A model generated the notes under the pieces. That model saw nothing but the letters and a program-made list of their open reading frames with translations. It searched no databases and was not told the origin of the DNA. Source: Scyliorhinus canicula (lineage: Eukaryota). From it: DNA of 64,000 nt. The translations under genes and the position numbers were made by a program. The stretch is from the NCBI RefSeq assembly GCF_902713615.1, contig NC_052170.1:4588001-4652000 (forward strand). The letters are read 5' to 3'. Shown here in pieces: positions 52,405 through 64,000 of this stretch. Numbering within the stretch: the stretch's first letter is position 1; every line of letters starts with the position of its first letter.

Positions 52405-52835
52405 CTGTAGACCAGGTGTGTCTGGAACTCCTCTGCCTTCTTCAGCAGGTATTGAAGCTGCTGTTCTATTGGTTGAAGCTTCTCTTCCATTAGGGTAACA
52501 TCGTACTGGGGCACCTCCTCCTCTGGCCCATGCAGCTCTCCCTCCTTCCCGTGGTGTAACGACAGGAACGCGTTGTTATTTGGGACTTGTGCAGCAGAGG
52601 CCTGCGAGGCCTGCATTATTGAGGAGCTGGGATAGGCCGAGGCAGTGATGAAGTTCTGGTTGTCCTTCCTCTGTTTATCGTGAGTGGACTGCCCCATTAA
52701 CTGGTGAAATTCTGTCTCGGTCCAGTGGGACCCTTTTGGTTCCAAGTTGACCACCTCCATTGAGCAAGAGCATTTTGGCTTATCTCTCCTCTTGTACCCC
52801 ATGACGTCATGTCCATTGGTCACACTTTCCTCCAT
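52405..52835 (-). CDS. C19orf67: C19orf67 (UPF0575) homologue, coding exon 1
   Basis: Acceptor ttacttacag|G then ATG at 52835. Ends LQPIEQQLQYLLKKAEEFQTHLVY, similar to human [22 protein letters not shown] (from memory). Donor AG|gtattg, phase 2. Confidence 0.88.
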
Positions 52836-53505
52836 CCTGTAAGTAATGAAGAAACCATTAACAACAATTATTCCTCGGCTGGCCAATGTTCCTGTGCAAC
52901 AGATCCCACCCAGTATTGTCAACCCAGCTGCCTCACCGCACATTCAAGCAGATAAATATAGCGTATGGAAACTGGGTCTCCCTCAGCTATGGAATTTTCC
53001 AAGGTGGATGGGTAAGGGGAACAAGCGGACGATAATAAAGATTATAACTACTAATTTTAATTTCCCCTTATTTTTCCAAAGTGAATCTCCCGTAACTGCA
53101 GTCCTCGACCACTTCACCTTCGTGACGTTTTGTAACATGAAGTTAGACAGTGAATGGGGGTAGGGTACTTGAGGATTGGGTCAAAAGATATTTGGTAAAT
53201 AAATAAATAAATAATCCTTTTAGTGTCACAAGTAGGCTTACATAGCCCACAACAGACGGGAGTGCCCAAGTAGGCTTACATTAATGCTGCAATTAAGTTA
53301 CTGGGAAAATCCCCTCGTCGCCACATTCCGGCGCCTGTTCGGGTACACAGAGGGAGAATTTAGAATTCTCAGCTGGTATGGGAATTGAAGTAACGAGAGG
53401 GGAGAATTTTTAATTTAAGCAGGTCATTGTGCGGTCTGGAATGTTGGGATCTGACAGGATGGTCGTAAACTTCAAAAAGAAATTGGACAAAGACCTGAAA
53501 ATGCC

Positions 53506-53806
53506 GGTGGCCCAGTGGTTAGCATTGTTGCCTCACAGCGCTAGGGTCCCAGGTTCGATTCCCGGCTTGGGTGACTGTGTGGAGTCTGCACGTTCTCCCC
53601 GTGTCTGCGTGGGTTTCCTCCGGGTGCTACAGTTTCCTCCCACAAGTCCCGAAAGACGTGCTTGTTAGGTGAATTGGACATTCTGAATTCTCCCTCTGTG
53701 TACCCGAACAGGCGCCGGAATGTGGCAACTAGGGGCTTTTCACAGTAACTTCACTGCAGTATTAATGTAAGCCTACTTGTGACACTAATAAAGATCATTA
53801 TTATTA
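53506..53806 (+). mobile_element. tRNA-derived SINE (type C) with (att)n end
   Basis: Complete copy. Tail ggcttttcacagtaac...cttgtgacactaataaagatcattattatt. Confidence 0.9.
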
Positions 53807-54862
53807 AAATAAAAATCTCATGGGATTGTGGTGAGGGGCAGGAGGAGTGGGACTAATTGGAGAGTTCTGCGGAGGGAGCCGGTGCTGAGGAAGACACAAT
53901 GGATTCTTTCTGCGATGTACAATTCGATGGACTACTCATAGGACATCACTCGGTTCAAACACTTTCAAGCAACCGGTCACTCGATCCAAATCAGTGCCAG
54001 GAATACTGGTTATGTAATCTTTCAATAGCCCAGAGAACCAATGTGAATTGTACACCAGACACTGGTTCACTCAAAGCAGACTGCAATTTGATCTCAATTG
54101 CTTTGTCGTCGGACACGAGATAAAAAATACTCAGCATCTAAAATCTGTTTGAGTATGTTGAAAGTTGATTACCAAGTACTGGCCAAAGGGAAGAAGGAGC
54201 AATGCCTAAATTCATGAACAAATAGGTAGTGATTTAACACACAAACTGTCATTGCAGCAATAATTCCATATTGGGAAGGCAATGTTGGAACATTCCAAAG
54301 CAACATGGGGGGGGGGGGGGGGGGGATTAGCGTGCAGGTACAGCAAGCAAATAGGAAAGCAAACAGTGTGTTATAAATGCCTTTTATTGCAAGAACTTTG
54401 GAGTACAAGGAAATAGAGGTCCTGCTAAAACTGTGTGGGACTTTGGTAAGGCCATAGCTGGAAAATTATGCATGATTTTGGTCTCCATATTCAAGGAATG
54501 TTTACAATATTTACAATACAATATTACAATAAGTTTACAATTTACAATAGACAGTGCAGCGAAGATTCACGAGATCGGTCCCTGGGATGAGTGGGTTGTC
54601 CTCCGATGAGGTGCAGTTGGGAAAGTGGTAGGTGAAGGTCAAGGTCAGTCATGATCGAATTGAACGGTGAAGCAGGCTCGATGGGCCGAATGGTCTTCTG
54701 CTCCTTGTTCTTATGTAACAATATTGTTATTCGGAATATCGGGTACTCCAATGTGCAGAGTTTAAGAACCAAATGTGCAAACGCTATCCACAATATTGCT
54801 TGGCTCTATGTTCAGACCATTTAATGTTTTAGCTACTGTACATGCATTAGTGAAACATTACT

Positions 54863-55081
54863 TTTTTTAAAATTTAAAGTTCCCAATTCTTTTTTTTTCC
54901 AATTAAGGGGCAATTTAGTGTGGCCAATCCACCTACCCGGCACACCTTTGGGTTGTGGGGGTGAGACCCACGCAGACACAGGGAGAATGTGCAAACTCCA
55001 CACGGACAGTGACCCAAAGCCGGGATTCGAACCCGGGTCCTCAGTGCCGTGAGGCAGCAGTGCTAACCACTGCGCCGCCCC
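54863..55081 (-). mobile_element. tRNA-derived SINE (type B) with A-tail and 14-bp TSD
   Basis: TSD agtgaaacattact at 54849-54862 and 55082-55095. Confidence 0.92.
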
Positions 55082-55177
55082 AGTGAAACATTACTGCTAA
55101 CAATTTAATTTGACACAGGGTTAGAACTTAACATAGGATATGCTTCAAACATGCATTATATCGTTGTCTGAACTATA

Positions 55178-55737
55178 TTGGATTGGATTGGATTGGATTT
55201 GTTTATTGTCATGTGTACCAACGTACAGTGAAAAGTATTTTTCTGCAAGCAGCTCAACAGATCATTCAGTACATGGGAAGAAAAGGGAATTAAACAAAAT
55301 TCAAGAAAATACATGAGAATACATAATAGGGCAACACAAGATATACAATGTAACTACATAAGCATTGGCATCGGATGAAGCATACAGGGTGTAGTGTTAA
55401 TGAGGTCAGTCAATAAGAGGGTCATTTAGGAGTCTGGTAACAGTGGGGAAGAAGCTGTTTTTGAGTCTGTTCGTGCGTGTTCTCAGACTTCTGTATCTCC
55501 TGCCCGATGGAAGAAGTTGGAAAAGTGAGTAAGCCGGGTGGGAGGGGTCTTTGATTATGCTGCCCACTTTCCCCAGGCAGTGGGAGGTGTAGATGGAGTC
55601 AGTGGATGGGAGGCAGGTTCGTGTGATGGACTGGGCGGTATTCACGACTCTCTGAAGTTCCTTGCGGTCCTGGGCCGAGCAGTTGCCATACCAGGCTGTG
55701 ATGCAGCCCGATAGGATGCTTTCTATAGTGCATCTGT
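55178..55737 (-). mobile_element. Rex1/Babar-type LINE 3' fragment
   Basis: Peptide YRCTIESILSGCITAWYGNCS...DPSHP...LPSGRRYRSLRTRTNRLKNSFFP. 3' UTR ends cttttcactgta...tgacaataaa followed by (ccaat)n. Confidence 0.88.
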
Positions 55738-56307
55738 AAGTAATCTGTAGTAATCTGTTCATTTCTTGTCTTTAAGTAATCTATAGTAATCTGTTCATTC
55801 CTTGTTTTTAAGCTTCTTCTTCAGTATACACAGTGTGATGGATTCATTTACATGTTGTTGTGTATACGTTTCATTATTTTGGAAAGGAGGAAGTTGAAAT
55901 AAAATTGAAGTACTAGATCAACTGGGGAAAAAATAACAAGTGCACATAAACATTCTCATATTAACTAGCCAGTAGCCAGTTTGAAGAATGTGTGCAATCC
56001 AAGAGTTGTAAACTATGAAAACAACGATTGATTGGTTTATAAGCAGCCTGAACTGCAATCCAATTTCTTGCAGTTTGGGTTGCACTTTATCTTAGGGTCT
56101 TGCTTTCTTCTTTTTGGTTATTTATTGCTGTCGTTTCACCATCTGATTTCACCATCCAGCCAAAGGTCTGCAGCACTGTAGGTAACGGCACCCCAAGCAC
56201 AAACGTGGTGTTCTTGATCAATAAGGGGATTTCATCATTAATATGAAGAGCAGGGGTTACGGGGAGCAGGCAGGAGAATGGGAATGAGGAACATATCAGC
56301 CATGAAA

Positions 56308-56423
56308 TTAAATGAAAATGAAAAATGAAAATCGCTTATTGTCACGAGTAGGCTTCAATGAAGTTACTGTGAAAAGCCCCTAGTCGCCACATTCCGGCGC
56401 CTGTCCGGGGAGGCTGGTACGGG
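56308..56423 (-). mobile_element. Short SINE (type D) nested in a CR1 3' tail
   Basis: Interrupts atatcagccatga|tcgaatggc of a CR1-type tail (about 56225-56495). Confidence 0.85.
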
Positions 56424-56515
56424 ATCGAATGGCAGAGGAGACTCGATGGGCCAAATGGCCTAATTTTGCTCCTATATCTTGTGAACTTATGAACCAGTGC
56501 GATCCAACAAACTAC

Positions 56516-56578
56516 GGTTGGTTAGCTCAGTTGGCTGGAGCGTGGTGCCAAGCGAGGGGTTCAATCTCTGTACCAACC
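56516..56578 (+). pseudogene. tRNA-Ile-like sequence lacking the anticodon loop (pseudogene or old SINE head)
   Basis: GGTTAGCTCAGTTGG..AGCGTGGTGC resembles vertebrate tRNA-Ile(AAT). 7-bp acceptor stem GGTTGGT/ACCAACC. B-box GGTTCAATC. Confidence 0.5.
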
Positions 56579-57531
56579 GGGGTGGCACCTTGATGCCTGT
56601 CTCCCTGCTCTACCCTGTGCTTTTTCAGCAATGCCTCTCAAGCTCAGTATAACTAATTGTCTCTCTTTAATGGAGACATAGACACCTGTGGTCCCCTAAC
56701 TGTGGACTGTAACTGAGTATTCACTTACTTACACCTGTATATATCCACCAATTCAACCTGCCAGTCAGCCCAGCTGACATTAAGGGCTGTGATGCCAGTG
56801 ACGTGGAATGCAGTACATGGAATGATTTGGAACATAACATGCTTGCAATAAATTAGCTCAAAGTAAATGCCAGGGAACAGCGCCTGGCTTCTTAACTCCA
56901 AATGAGGTGAGGGGATCATTTAGAAAAGTGCGGCACCAACTTATTGAGCAAAAATAGTTTACACAAAGAGGTACATTGAGAAAGCAGCCTAAACTTGAGG
57001 GGAACGTCGACTTAATGAATTTTTAAAGAAGTTACTTACAAAGTAAGGAGAAATCGACCCCACGCAGGTCAGAATCTAAAAGAGAAAACACAAATGGATG
57101 TTTTATATCCAGAACCTTCTGCAGAACTTGGAACCCATGTGAAAGATGCACTTAATTGTTCTATTAGTTGCTGATGTGTATTTTTTATATTTCCTATGCA
57201 TGTGTTTTTTCTTAAGTTTCAAATGAGCTGCTTTTGGTTACTTTATCGTTTATCTGGGCGACGAGGAGCTCTTTATTCCCGTTAGAAATATCGTTACAAA
57301 GAGCATGATTACTTCGGAAACCTAACCTCGAGAGCAAAGGGCTGAGAGGAAAAAGCAAACTTTACATTGTAGGTGCCCAGGAGTTTACAAAACAGAAACA
57401 GAAAGTATTCTAAACAGCAGTAAGTTTGTAAGAAGAAGGTTTGGGTGACTGGAACTTTTATTAAACAGAGGAAAGGTGAATGTTTTGTTTTGCTGCAGAG
57501 AGCAGCCCCTTTCTGTACAGTGTTGACGTAC

Positions 57532-57775
57532 CTGTCCAGCTCCCCCACTCCCCCCCATACCTGTCCAGCTAACCTGCTGCTGCTGGGAAGCACCTGGACC
57601 TCCTGTCCGCCTCCTTGCGGCTCCCGTTCAAATGTCAACACAGGCCGCGTGCCCGCGCAACCCGGCGGCCGCGCGCCCCGGGCAGCTTTCAATTCAGAAG
57701 AGGCGCGCGTTACCAGGGGAACGATGCACGCGCCCCCAGCAGAACTGCTCCCCTCCCCCGGGGAGAGGGCAGAGC
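57532..57775 (-). promoter_or_regulatory. C19orf67: Small CpG-rich island: probable promoter and non-coding first exon of C19orf67
   Basis: The most CpG-dense non-repeat patch I found in the window (ccgcgtgcccgcgcaacccggcggccgcgcgccccggg). Minus-strand donors CAG|gtatgg (57560) and CAG|gtacgt (57531). The start-codon exon has an acceptor, so an upstream exon is required. Confidence 0.6.
57709..57722. promoter_or_regulatory. RFX X-box-like motif GTTACCAGGGGAAC
   Basis: 12/14 match to GTTRCCATGGYAAC, inside the CpG-rich patch. Confidence 0.55.
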
Positions 57776-57797
57776 CTGGGAGTTTATGTCATTGCTC

Positions 57798-58895
57798 TGG
57801 GATTGGGATTTTTGGATACATTGGGATTGGGATTGGGATTTTGTGTTAAATTGGAAATGGGATTTTGTGTTAAATTGGGATTGGGATTTTATGTTAAATT
57901 GGGGTTGAATTTTATGTGAAATTGGGATTGAGTTTGGGATTGGGATTTTATGTTAAATTGGGATAGGGATGGGGTTTGTGATTGGGATTTTGTGTTAAAT
58001 TGGAAATGGGATTTTGTGCTAAATTGGGATTGGGATTTTATGTTAAATTGGGGTTGAATTTTATGTTAAATTGGGATTGGGTTTGGGATTGGGATTTTAT
58101 GTTAAATTGGGATAGGGATTGGGTTTGGGATTGGGATTTTGTGTTAAATTGGGGTTGGGATTGGGTTTGGGATTGGGATTTTATGTTAAATGGGGATAGG
58201 GATTGGGTTTGGGATTGGGATTTTATGTTAAATTGGGATAGGGTTTGGGATTGGGATTTCGTGTTAAATTGGGATTTTATGTTAAATTGAGAATGGGATT
58301 GGGATTTTGTGTTAAATTGGGAATGGGATTGGGTTTGGGATTGGGATTCTATGTTAAATTGGGATTGGATTTTATGTTAAACTGGGATTGGGATTGGGTT
58401 TGGATTTTATGTTAAATTGGGATTGGGATTTTATGAAATATTGGGAATGGGATTGGGATTGGGATTTTGTGTTAAATTGGGAATGGGATTGTGTTTGGGA
58501 TTGGGATTTTATGTTAAATTGGGATTGGATTTTATGTTAAACTGGGATTGGGATTTTGTGTTAAATTGGGATTGGGATTTTATGTTAACTTGGAGTTGAA
58601 TTTTATGTTTAATTGGGAATGGGATTGGGTTTGGGATTGGGATTTTATGTTAAATTGGGATTTTATGATACGTTGGGAATAGGATTGGTATTTTGTGTTA
58701 AATTGGGAATGGGATTGGTATTGGGATTTTGTGTTAAATTAGGAATGGGATTTTATGTTAAATTGGGATTGAGTTTGGGTTTAGTATTGGGATTTTATCT
58801 TAAATTGGGAATAGAATTGGATTTAGGAATGGGTTTTTTAATTAAATTGGGAATTAGATTAGGTTTATCATTAATTAGGATTGGGAATTGGGAAT
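57798..58895. repeat. Complex G-rich satellite: GGGATT/GGGTTT/GGGAAT hexamers interleaved with TT(A/G)TGTTAAATT
   Basis: About 1.1 kb with almost no C on the plus strand. Becomes more degenerate toward higher coordinates. Confidence 0.95.
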
Positions 58896-59049
58896 TAGAC
58901 AGAGTTGGTGTTGTGACCAAGATTTTGATACTATGGGGTAATGATAGTTGAGTGGAAATTTTGATACTAATTTAGGATATGATGAGATGGGACAATTTTT
59001 ATTTAGCCAGCACTGCTGGGTCAACTTTAATTATAGAACGCTTTAATGT

Positions 59050-59345
59050 AATAATTGTTATTACTGTCACAAGTAAGCTTACATTAACACTGCAATGAAG
59101 TTACTGTGAAAAGCCCCTAGTCGCCACATTCCGGCGCCTGTTCGGGTACACTGAGGGAGAATTCAGAATGTCCAATTCACCTAACAGCATGTCTTTCGGG
59201 ACTTGTGGGAGGAAACCGGAGCACCCGAAGGAAACCCACGCAGAAAAGAGGAGAACGTGCAGACTCCGCACAGACAGTGACCCAAGCCGGGAATCGAACC
59301 TGGGACCCTGGAGCTGTGAAGCAACAGTGCTAACCGCTGTGCTGT
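59050..59345 (-). mobile_element. tRNA-derived SINE (type C)
   Basis: Reverse complement of 53506-53806. Confidence 0.9.
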
Positions 59346-59403
59346 CGGTCGCCCATAGAATCGCTTGACCTATGTATAGTCATGTACCCATACAGCCCAC
59401 CAG

Positions 59404-59888
59404 CATGTACACACATTACACGGACACCACTGACACACACGCATGTACACTATGTCCATCGGCATTTACACATGCTACACATACTCCACTGATGCACTCA
59501 TGTACACATGCTGTCCACCATCATGTACACACTACACGTACCCCACTGACACACACTCATGTACATGTACTGTCCACCCTCATGTACACACTACACATAC
59601 CCCACTGACACACACTCATGTACATGTACTGTCCACTAGCATGTACACACTACACTTAAACCACTGACACACATTCATGTACGCATATTGTCCATAAACA
59701 ACATACTGCAAGTGCCCCACTAACACACTCATGTACATGTACAGATATGCACTACATGTACCCCACTGACACTCATGTACACATTCTGTCCACCAGCATT
59801 AACACACTACACGTACCCCACTGACACACTCGCGTACACATTCTGTCCACCAGCATATACACACTGCACGTATCCCACTGACACACAG
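59404..59888. repeat. About 59-bp CA-rich minisatellite, about 8 diverged copies
   Basis: Unit catgtacacactacac.taccccactgacacacactcatgtacatgtactgtccacc.., starting at 59404, 59463, 59522, 59581 and 59640. Confidence 0.9.
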
Positions 59889-60664
59889 CTGTAAGCTGAT
59901 TGTCAAGTTGAAGTGGAAAAACCTTGGAAAAAAAGACAATTGGGGGTATGGGCTACTGGACAGGGCAGCACCTTTTCCCACTAGGCATATTTTAAGAGAT
60001 TATATTCCTAGGGAGAATAAAACTACCAAAAACTGATCTTGAAATCAGAAGTTAACTTGCAGCGACATGCAAGGAATAGAATGAGCAGCAAAAACTTTGA
60101 GCAGGGAACCTGTTATTCAAGAAAGGCTGCAGGATTCTTCATGGTAGAGGTTTAGACTTGTATTTACGCTGAGTTAGAAAGAAAAATCCCCTAAAGCGAC
60201 AACTTGGATCCTTTTCTGTCGCAATGTATTTGACATTCTTAGAACTTGAATGTTACAACTGGGGATCGCTCCTCGTGTCCTGATGATACTCAGCACCACC
60301 AGGACAGAACAACGGGTCATTTATCTCCCCTGCTGTTTGTGGGATCTTGCTGTGCACATCGGCTGTCACGTGACTATACCTAAAAAGTGGTTGATTGGCT
60401 GTGAATGGCTTTGGGATGGTCTGAGTGCAGGAATGGTGTTAAAACGTACGTGAACGGCAAAGAACCAGACCATTTTTTTGACGGTAGCGAACGGTTAGGG
60501 CCCTGGAACTCGCTGGGGGGCAGTTGATAAAGAGAAAAGAATCTGGAATGATTAAACCTAGTGAAAATAAGTCAACTAGACCCATCTGACCAAGAGGCTG
60601 TGCATTGGAGTCAGTACACCGAACGGCTCTTTTGGGCTAGAGTAAGATAACCGGAAGATGCAGG

Positions 60665-60990
60665 CAGGTTGTTTCCACTGGCGGGTGAAAGCAGAACTAG
60701 GGGGCATAGCCTCAAAATAAGGGGAAGTAGATTTAGGACTGAGTTTAGGAGGAACTTCTTCACCCAAAGGGTTGTGAATCTATGCCCAGTGAAGCAGTTG
60801 AGGCTCCTTCATTAAATGTTTTTAAGGTAAAGATAGATAGTTTTTTGAAGAAAAAAGGGATTAAGGGTTATGGTGTTCGGGCCGGAAAGTGGAGCTGAGT
60901 CCACAGAAGATCAGCCATGATCTCATTGAATGGCGGAGCAGGCTCGAGGGGCCAGATGGCCTACTCCTGCTCCTAGTTCTTATGTTCTTA
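60665..60990 (+). mobile_element. CR1-clade LINE 3' fragment
   Basis: Encodes TRGHSLKIRGSRFRTEFRRNFFTQRVVN. Tail ggcctactcctgctcctagttcttatgttctta. Confidence 0.85.
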
Positions 60991-61089
60991 AGTCAGGCGC
61001 CAACTGAAGTCAGATGGGGTGAACCATCCCCAGGAGACCTGTCATGTTCGGGAGTTCATGTGTTTCTGATGCAACCACGTAGGGAGCCC

Positions 61090-62470
61090 ATCGAAGCACG
61101 CTAGGCAACAGCAGCAGTCCACAGCGCCACTGAACACAGTGGGGAAGAACCCTGCAGAGGAGCATGCAATGTAACGGTTGGATGTAGTCCAATTGAATAA
61201 AACAGCCCCGATTGAAATAGTCTGAAGGGTAAGCCCTCAAATTGGAAGTCGACACGAGGCCTTCGGTGACCTTGGAGAGCAGACATTCCAATATCTTTGT
61301 GCGGGAACTTTAAGTTTTAATAATACTACAGCCAAACTTTCCATGTACACCAGGGAAATTCTGAAGATCCTTGAACCACCAACACACCAGTGGCCAGGAG
61401 ACAAATCTGCCCTGGGTTGTCGTGGAAGGACACAGACCAAGTCTGATGGGAACATTGGCTAATTGGCTGGAAATTCTCAAAATATCCAATGGCGTCTTCC
61501 AAGATGTCCTAAGGAGGTATGAAGACGCTTTTCACAGGGAACCGGGCCGGATCAAAGGCGCCCAAACCAAAATCTATGTCAATCCGGATTCATCACCCAA
61601 GTTCTTCAGTGCCATATGCACTGCATCAGAAGGTTGAAACAGAGGTCAAGAGACTGGAAGAGCAAGGCGTTCAATTCTCCGAGTGGGCAGCGCCAATAGC
61701 CCCTGTTCTCGAACCAGATCGTTCGAATAAGGATTTGTGGGGACTACAAACTAACCATAAGTCAGGCTACCCAGTTAGATAGGTACCCGATTGCCCGGAT
61801 CGAGGACCTCCAAGCTAAGTTGGCGGGAGACGTTTGCCACAATAAATACCCACAAGGGTCTCTTTCAGTTCACAGGACTATCTTTCAGCATCGCTTCAGC
61901 CTGTGCTGTGTTCCAATGTAGGATGGAAAATCTCCTCCAGGCGATTCCCAAGGTGATGATCTACCTCGGCGACATGTTAGTCGCCGGCACCACACCCAAA
62001 GAACACATGGCCAGTCTAGAGGAAGTATTAATGAGGTTTTGGGACATGGGGTTCCGCCTCATACATGAAAAGTGTACGTCCCAGACCTCAGAAGTGACAT
62101 AACCAGGATTTCACATTGATGTGACAGGGTTGCACCCCCTGGAAGATAAGGTCTAGGCCGTACCTGAAGTCCCTGCACCCAAAAATGTCAGTCAGCTCAA
62201 ATCCTTCCTCGGTATGGGAAATTATTACAGGAGATTCATTTCGCATTTAGCCACAACGTTGGTACCACTACACCAGCTACTAAAGAAACATCAGCGGTGG
62301 TAATGGAGGGAGCCCTGAGAGGAAGCCTTTTGAATTGTGAAGCAAGCCTTGCAGTCCTCGATCTTCTTGACACCAGGGAAACCGATTGCTGACATGCCGT
62401 GCGTCCCCTTCTGGCAGTCTTATCCAACAACGTTTGAGATGGTTCTGTGTGCCTATTGCCTTTGCCTCGA
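61090..62470 (+). mobile_element. Degenerate Gypsy/Ty3 internal region (protease-RT), no LTRs found
   Basis: Motifs LEVDT, FSEWAAPIAPVL, RICGDYKLTI, TINTHKGLFQ, IYLGDMLV (YxDD decayed) and LKSFLGM. Multiple frameshifts and deletions. Confidence 0.88.
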
Positions 62471-62479
62471 GGATCCTTT

Positions 62480-62835
62480 CATTCTCGCTATGAAGGCCAA
62501 CCTACCGTTTGCCTTCTTTACCGCCTGCTGCACCGCCATGCTTACCTTCAGCCACTGGTGGACGAGGACACCCAAGTCTCGTTGCGCAACTCACTCTCTC
62601 AATTGATTGCCATCTGATAATAGTCCACCCTCCTGTTCTTCCTGCCAACAGTGGACAACCTCACATTATCTGCATTGTACCGTGTTTGCCATTCATTTGC
62701 CCACTCACTCAGCCTGTCCAAATCACACTGAAGCAACTCTGCATCCTCCTCACAGCTCACCCCCCCCCCCCCCCCACCCAGCTTTACGTCATCTGCAAAT
62801 CTGGAGATAGCACATTTAGTTCCCTCATCTAAATC
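62480..62835 (-). mobile_element. CR1-clade RT fragment
   Basis: Peptide DLDEGTKCAISRFADDVKLGG...LQCDLDRLSEWANEWQ. Confidence 0.85.
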
Positions 62836-62950
62836 ACGAAGTTCAGACTCACGTAGAATGCATACAGAAACCAACCCAATTGGTCTATGCCGGTGTTAAA
62901 GTTGCACCAAAGATTCCTCCCACCCTTTTTCATCTCCAACTATCTTTAGA

Positions 62951-63297
62951 TCATAGAACATAGAACAGTACAGCACAGAACAGGCCCTTCGGCCCTCAAT
63001 GTTGTGCCGAGCCATGATCACCCTACTCAACCCACGTATCCACCCTATACCCGTAACCCAACAACCCCCCCCTTAACCTTACTTTTATTAGGACACTACG
63101 GGCAATTTAGCATGGCCAATCCACCTAACCCGCACATCTTTGGACTGTGGGAGGAAACCGGAGCACCCGGAGGAAACCCACGCACACAGGGGGAGGACGT
63201 GCAGACTCCACACAGACAGTGACCCAGCCGGGAATCGAACCTGGGACCCTGGAGCTGTGAAGCATTTATGCTATCCACAATGCTACCCTGCTGCCCC
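62951..63297 (-). mobile_element. HE1-like SINE (type A, young)
   Basis: Complete copy with a (catagaa)n end on the plus strand. Confidence 0.92.
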
Positions 63298-64000
63298 TTT
63301 CAATATTTAAGAATTTAACAATTCCTTTTTCAGAACATATTTATTATGGAGACCAATAAACATCAACACTGTGGAAATGGACATTTATCTGAGAAGTTAA
63401 TTCTGTTTTTCTCTCCACAGACACTTCCGGACCTGCTGAATATCAGCACTTTCTGCTTTTATTTCAAGAACTCCTGGGCCAGCTGATATGGTACTTGCAT
63501 GTAGGTCACACAGTTAAAAAGTCTGTAGACTACCCTGGGTGGGTGCAATTATCTGCATTTGCTTATTAATAGGAACTACAATCTAGTTCCATAATCACAG
63601 GGTCACCTGTTAGGGATTTGAAAATGAAAACACTGAGAGTCGCTTGTCGTACAGAACTTGAGTACTGCTGAAAAAAAGAGGCAGGCTGTCAAAACTTTTT
63701 GTCTTGCACTCATCACTTTAGGGTTGGAAATCCGTCGTCCTACCTGGTCTGCCCTATAGATCCACAGCGATGTGGTTGACTCTTAAATGCCCCCAGGGAT
63801 GGGCAATGAATGCTGGCCCAGCCAGCAATGCCAACATCCCATGGATGAATTTACAAAAAAGGACAAATACAAGAATGCCAAATTTCAAAGCGAGCAACAA
63901 CTTATAGTGAGGAAAGGTGCTGATTCTAGGCCTGATGGAAGACTATGAAATAAAAATACAATACAAACTGATAATATGACTGTACGGCATGTGAGGTGCT

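Noticed and set aside
52836-52943. N-terminal extension of ORF 52299..52943
   Set aside because: It begins at a non-ATG codon upstream of a clear acceptor at 52837, and the ORF's end beyond 52404 is intronic.
56725-56925. Possible additional 5' UTR exon of C19orf67 (minus-strand gtaagt donors near 56730)
   Set aside because: I found no convincing matching acceptor. It needs RNA evidence.
57615-58951. ORFs with WDWD/LGLG repeats
   Set aside because: They are translations of a hexamer-based satellite with few stop codons, with no splice or homology support.
57798-59888. CRISPR-like or true telomeric array
   Set aside because: There are no unique spacers between constant repeats, the context is eukaryotic, and the unit is not TTAGGG.
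61090-62470. Domesticated or active Gypsy gene
   Set aside because: The catalytic YxDD is altered to YLGD, there are several frameshifts and deletions, and it has no LTRs.

Overview
Repeat-rich vertebrate genomic DNA. The SINE and LINE content points to an elasmobranch, probably a catshark (inference). I reconstructed two convergent multi-exon genes by hand from splice sites and reading phase. (1) Plus strand: a PRR36-like gene (paralogue of KIAA1107/BTBD8-APACHE, C-terminal DUF4596-type tail) with five coding exons from 15164 to 37972, about 1272 aa. It has a coding 48-bp minisatellite, an internal duplication, an apparent 1-bp frameshift at 28552-28554 and a ~2.6-kb 3' UTR. (2) Minus strand: C19orf67 (UPF0575) with six coding exons from 52835 to 41515, 424 aa, all phases consistent. 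Its probable CpG-rich promoter near 57.6-57.8 kb carries an RFX X-box-like motif and abuts a 1.1-kb G-rich (GGGATT)n-type array. The rest is mostly mobile DNA: a full-length but decayed L1-clade LINE with a 19-bp TSD, a truncated sister copy, CR1, Rex1/Babar and Gypsy remnants, four or five solo LTRs (three with clear 5-bp TSDs, three with a CTCF-like motif), DeuSINE-like relics and dozens of tRNA-derived SINEs. I found no convincing novel protein system. The most interesting pattern is a modular SINE set in which shared heads carry three different 3' tails, and LINEs of the three candidate partner clades (CR1, Rex1/Babar, L1) are all present in this window. Gene names and repeat families are recognised from memory and were not checked by database search.
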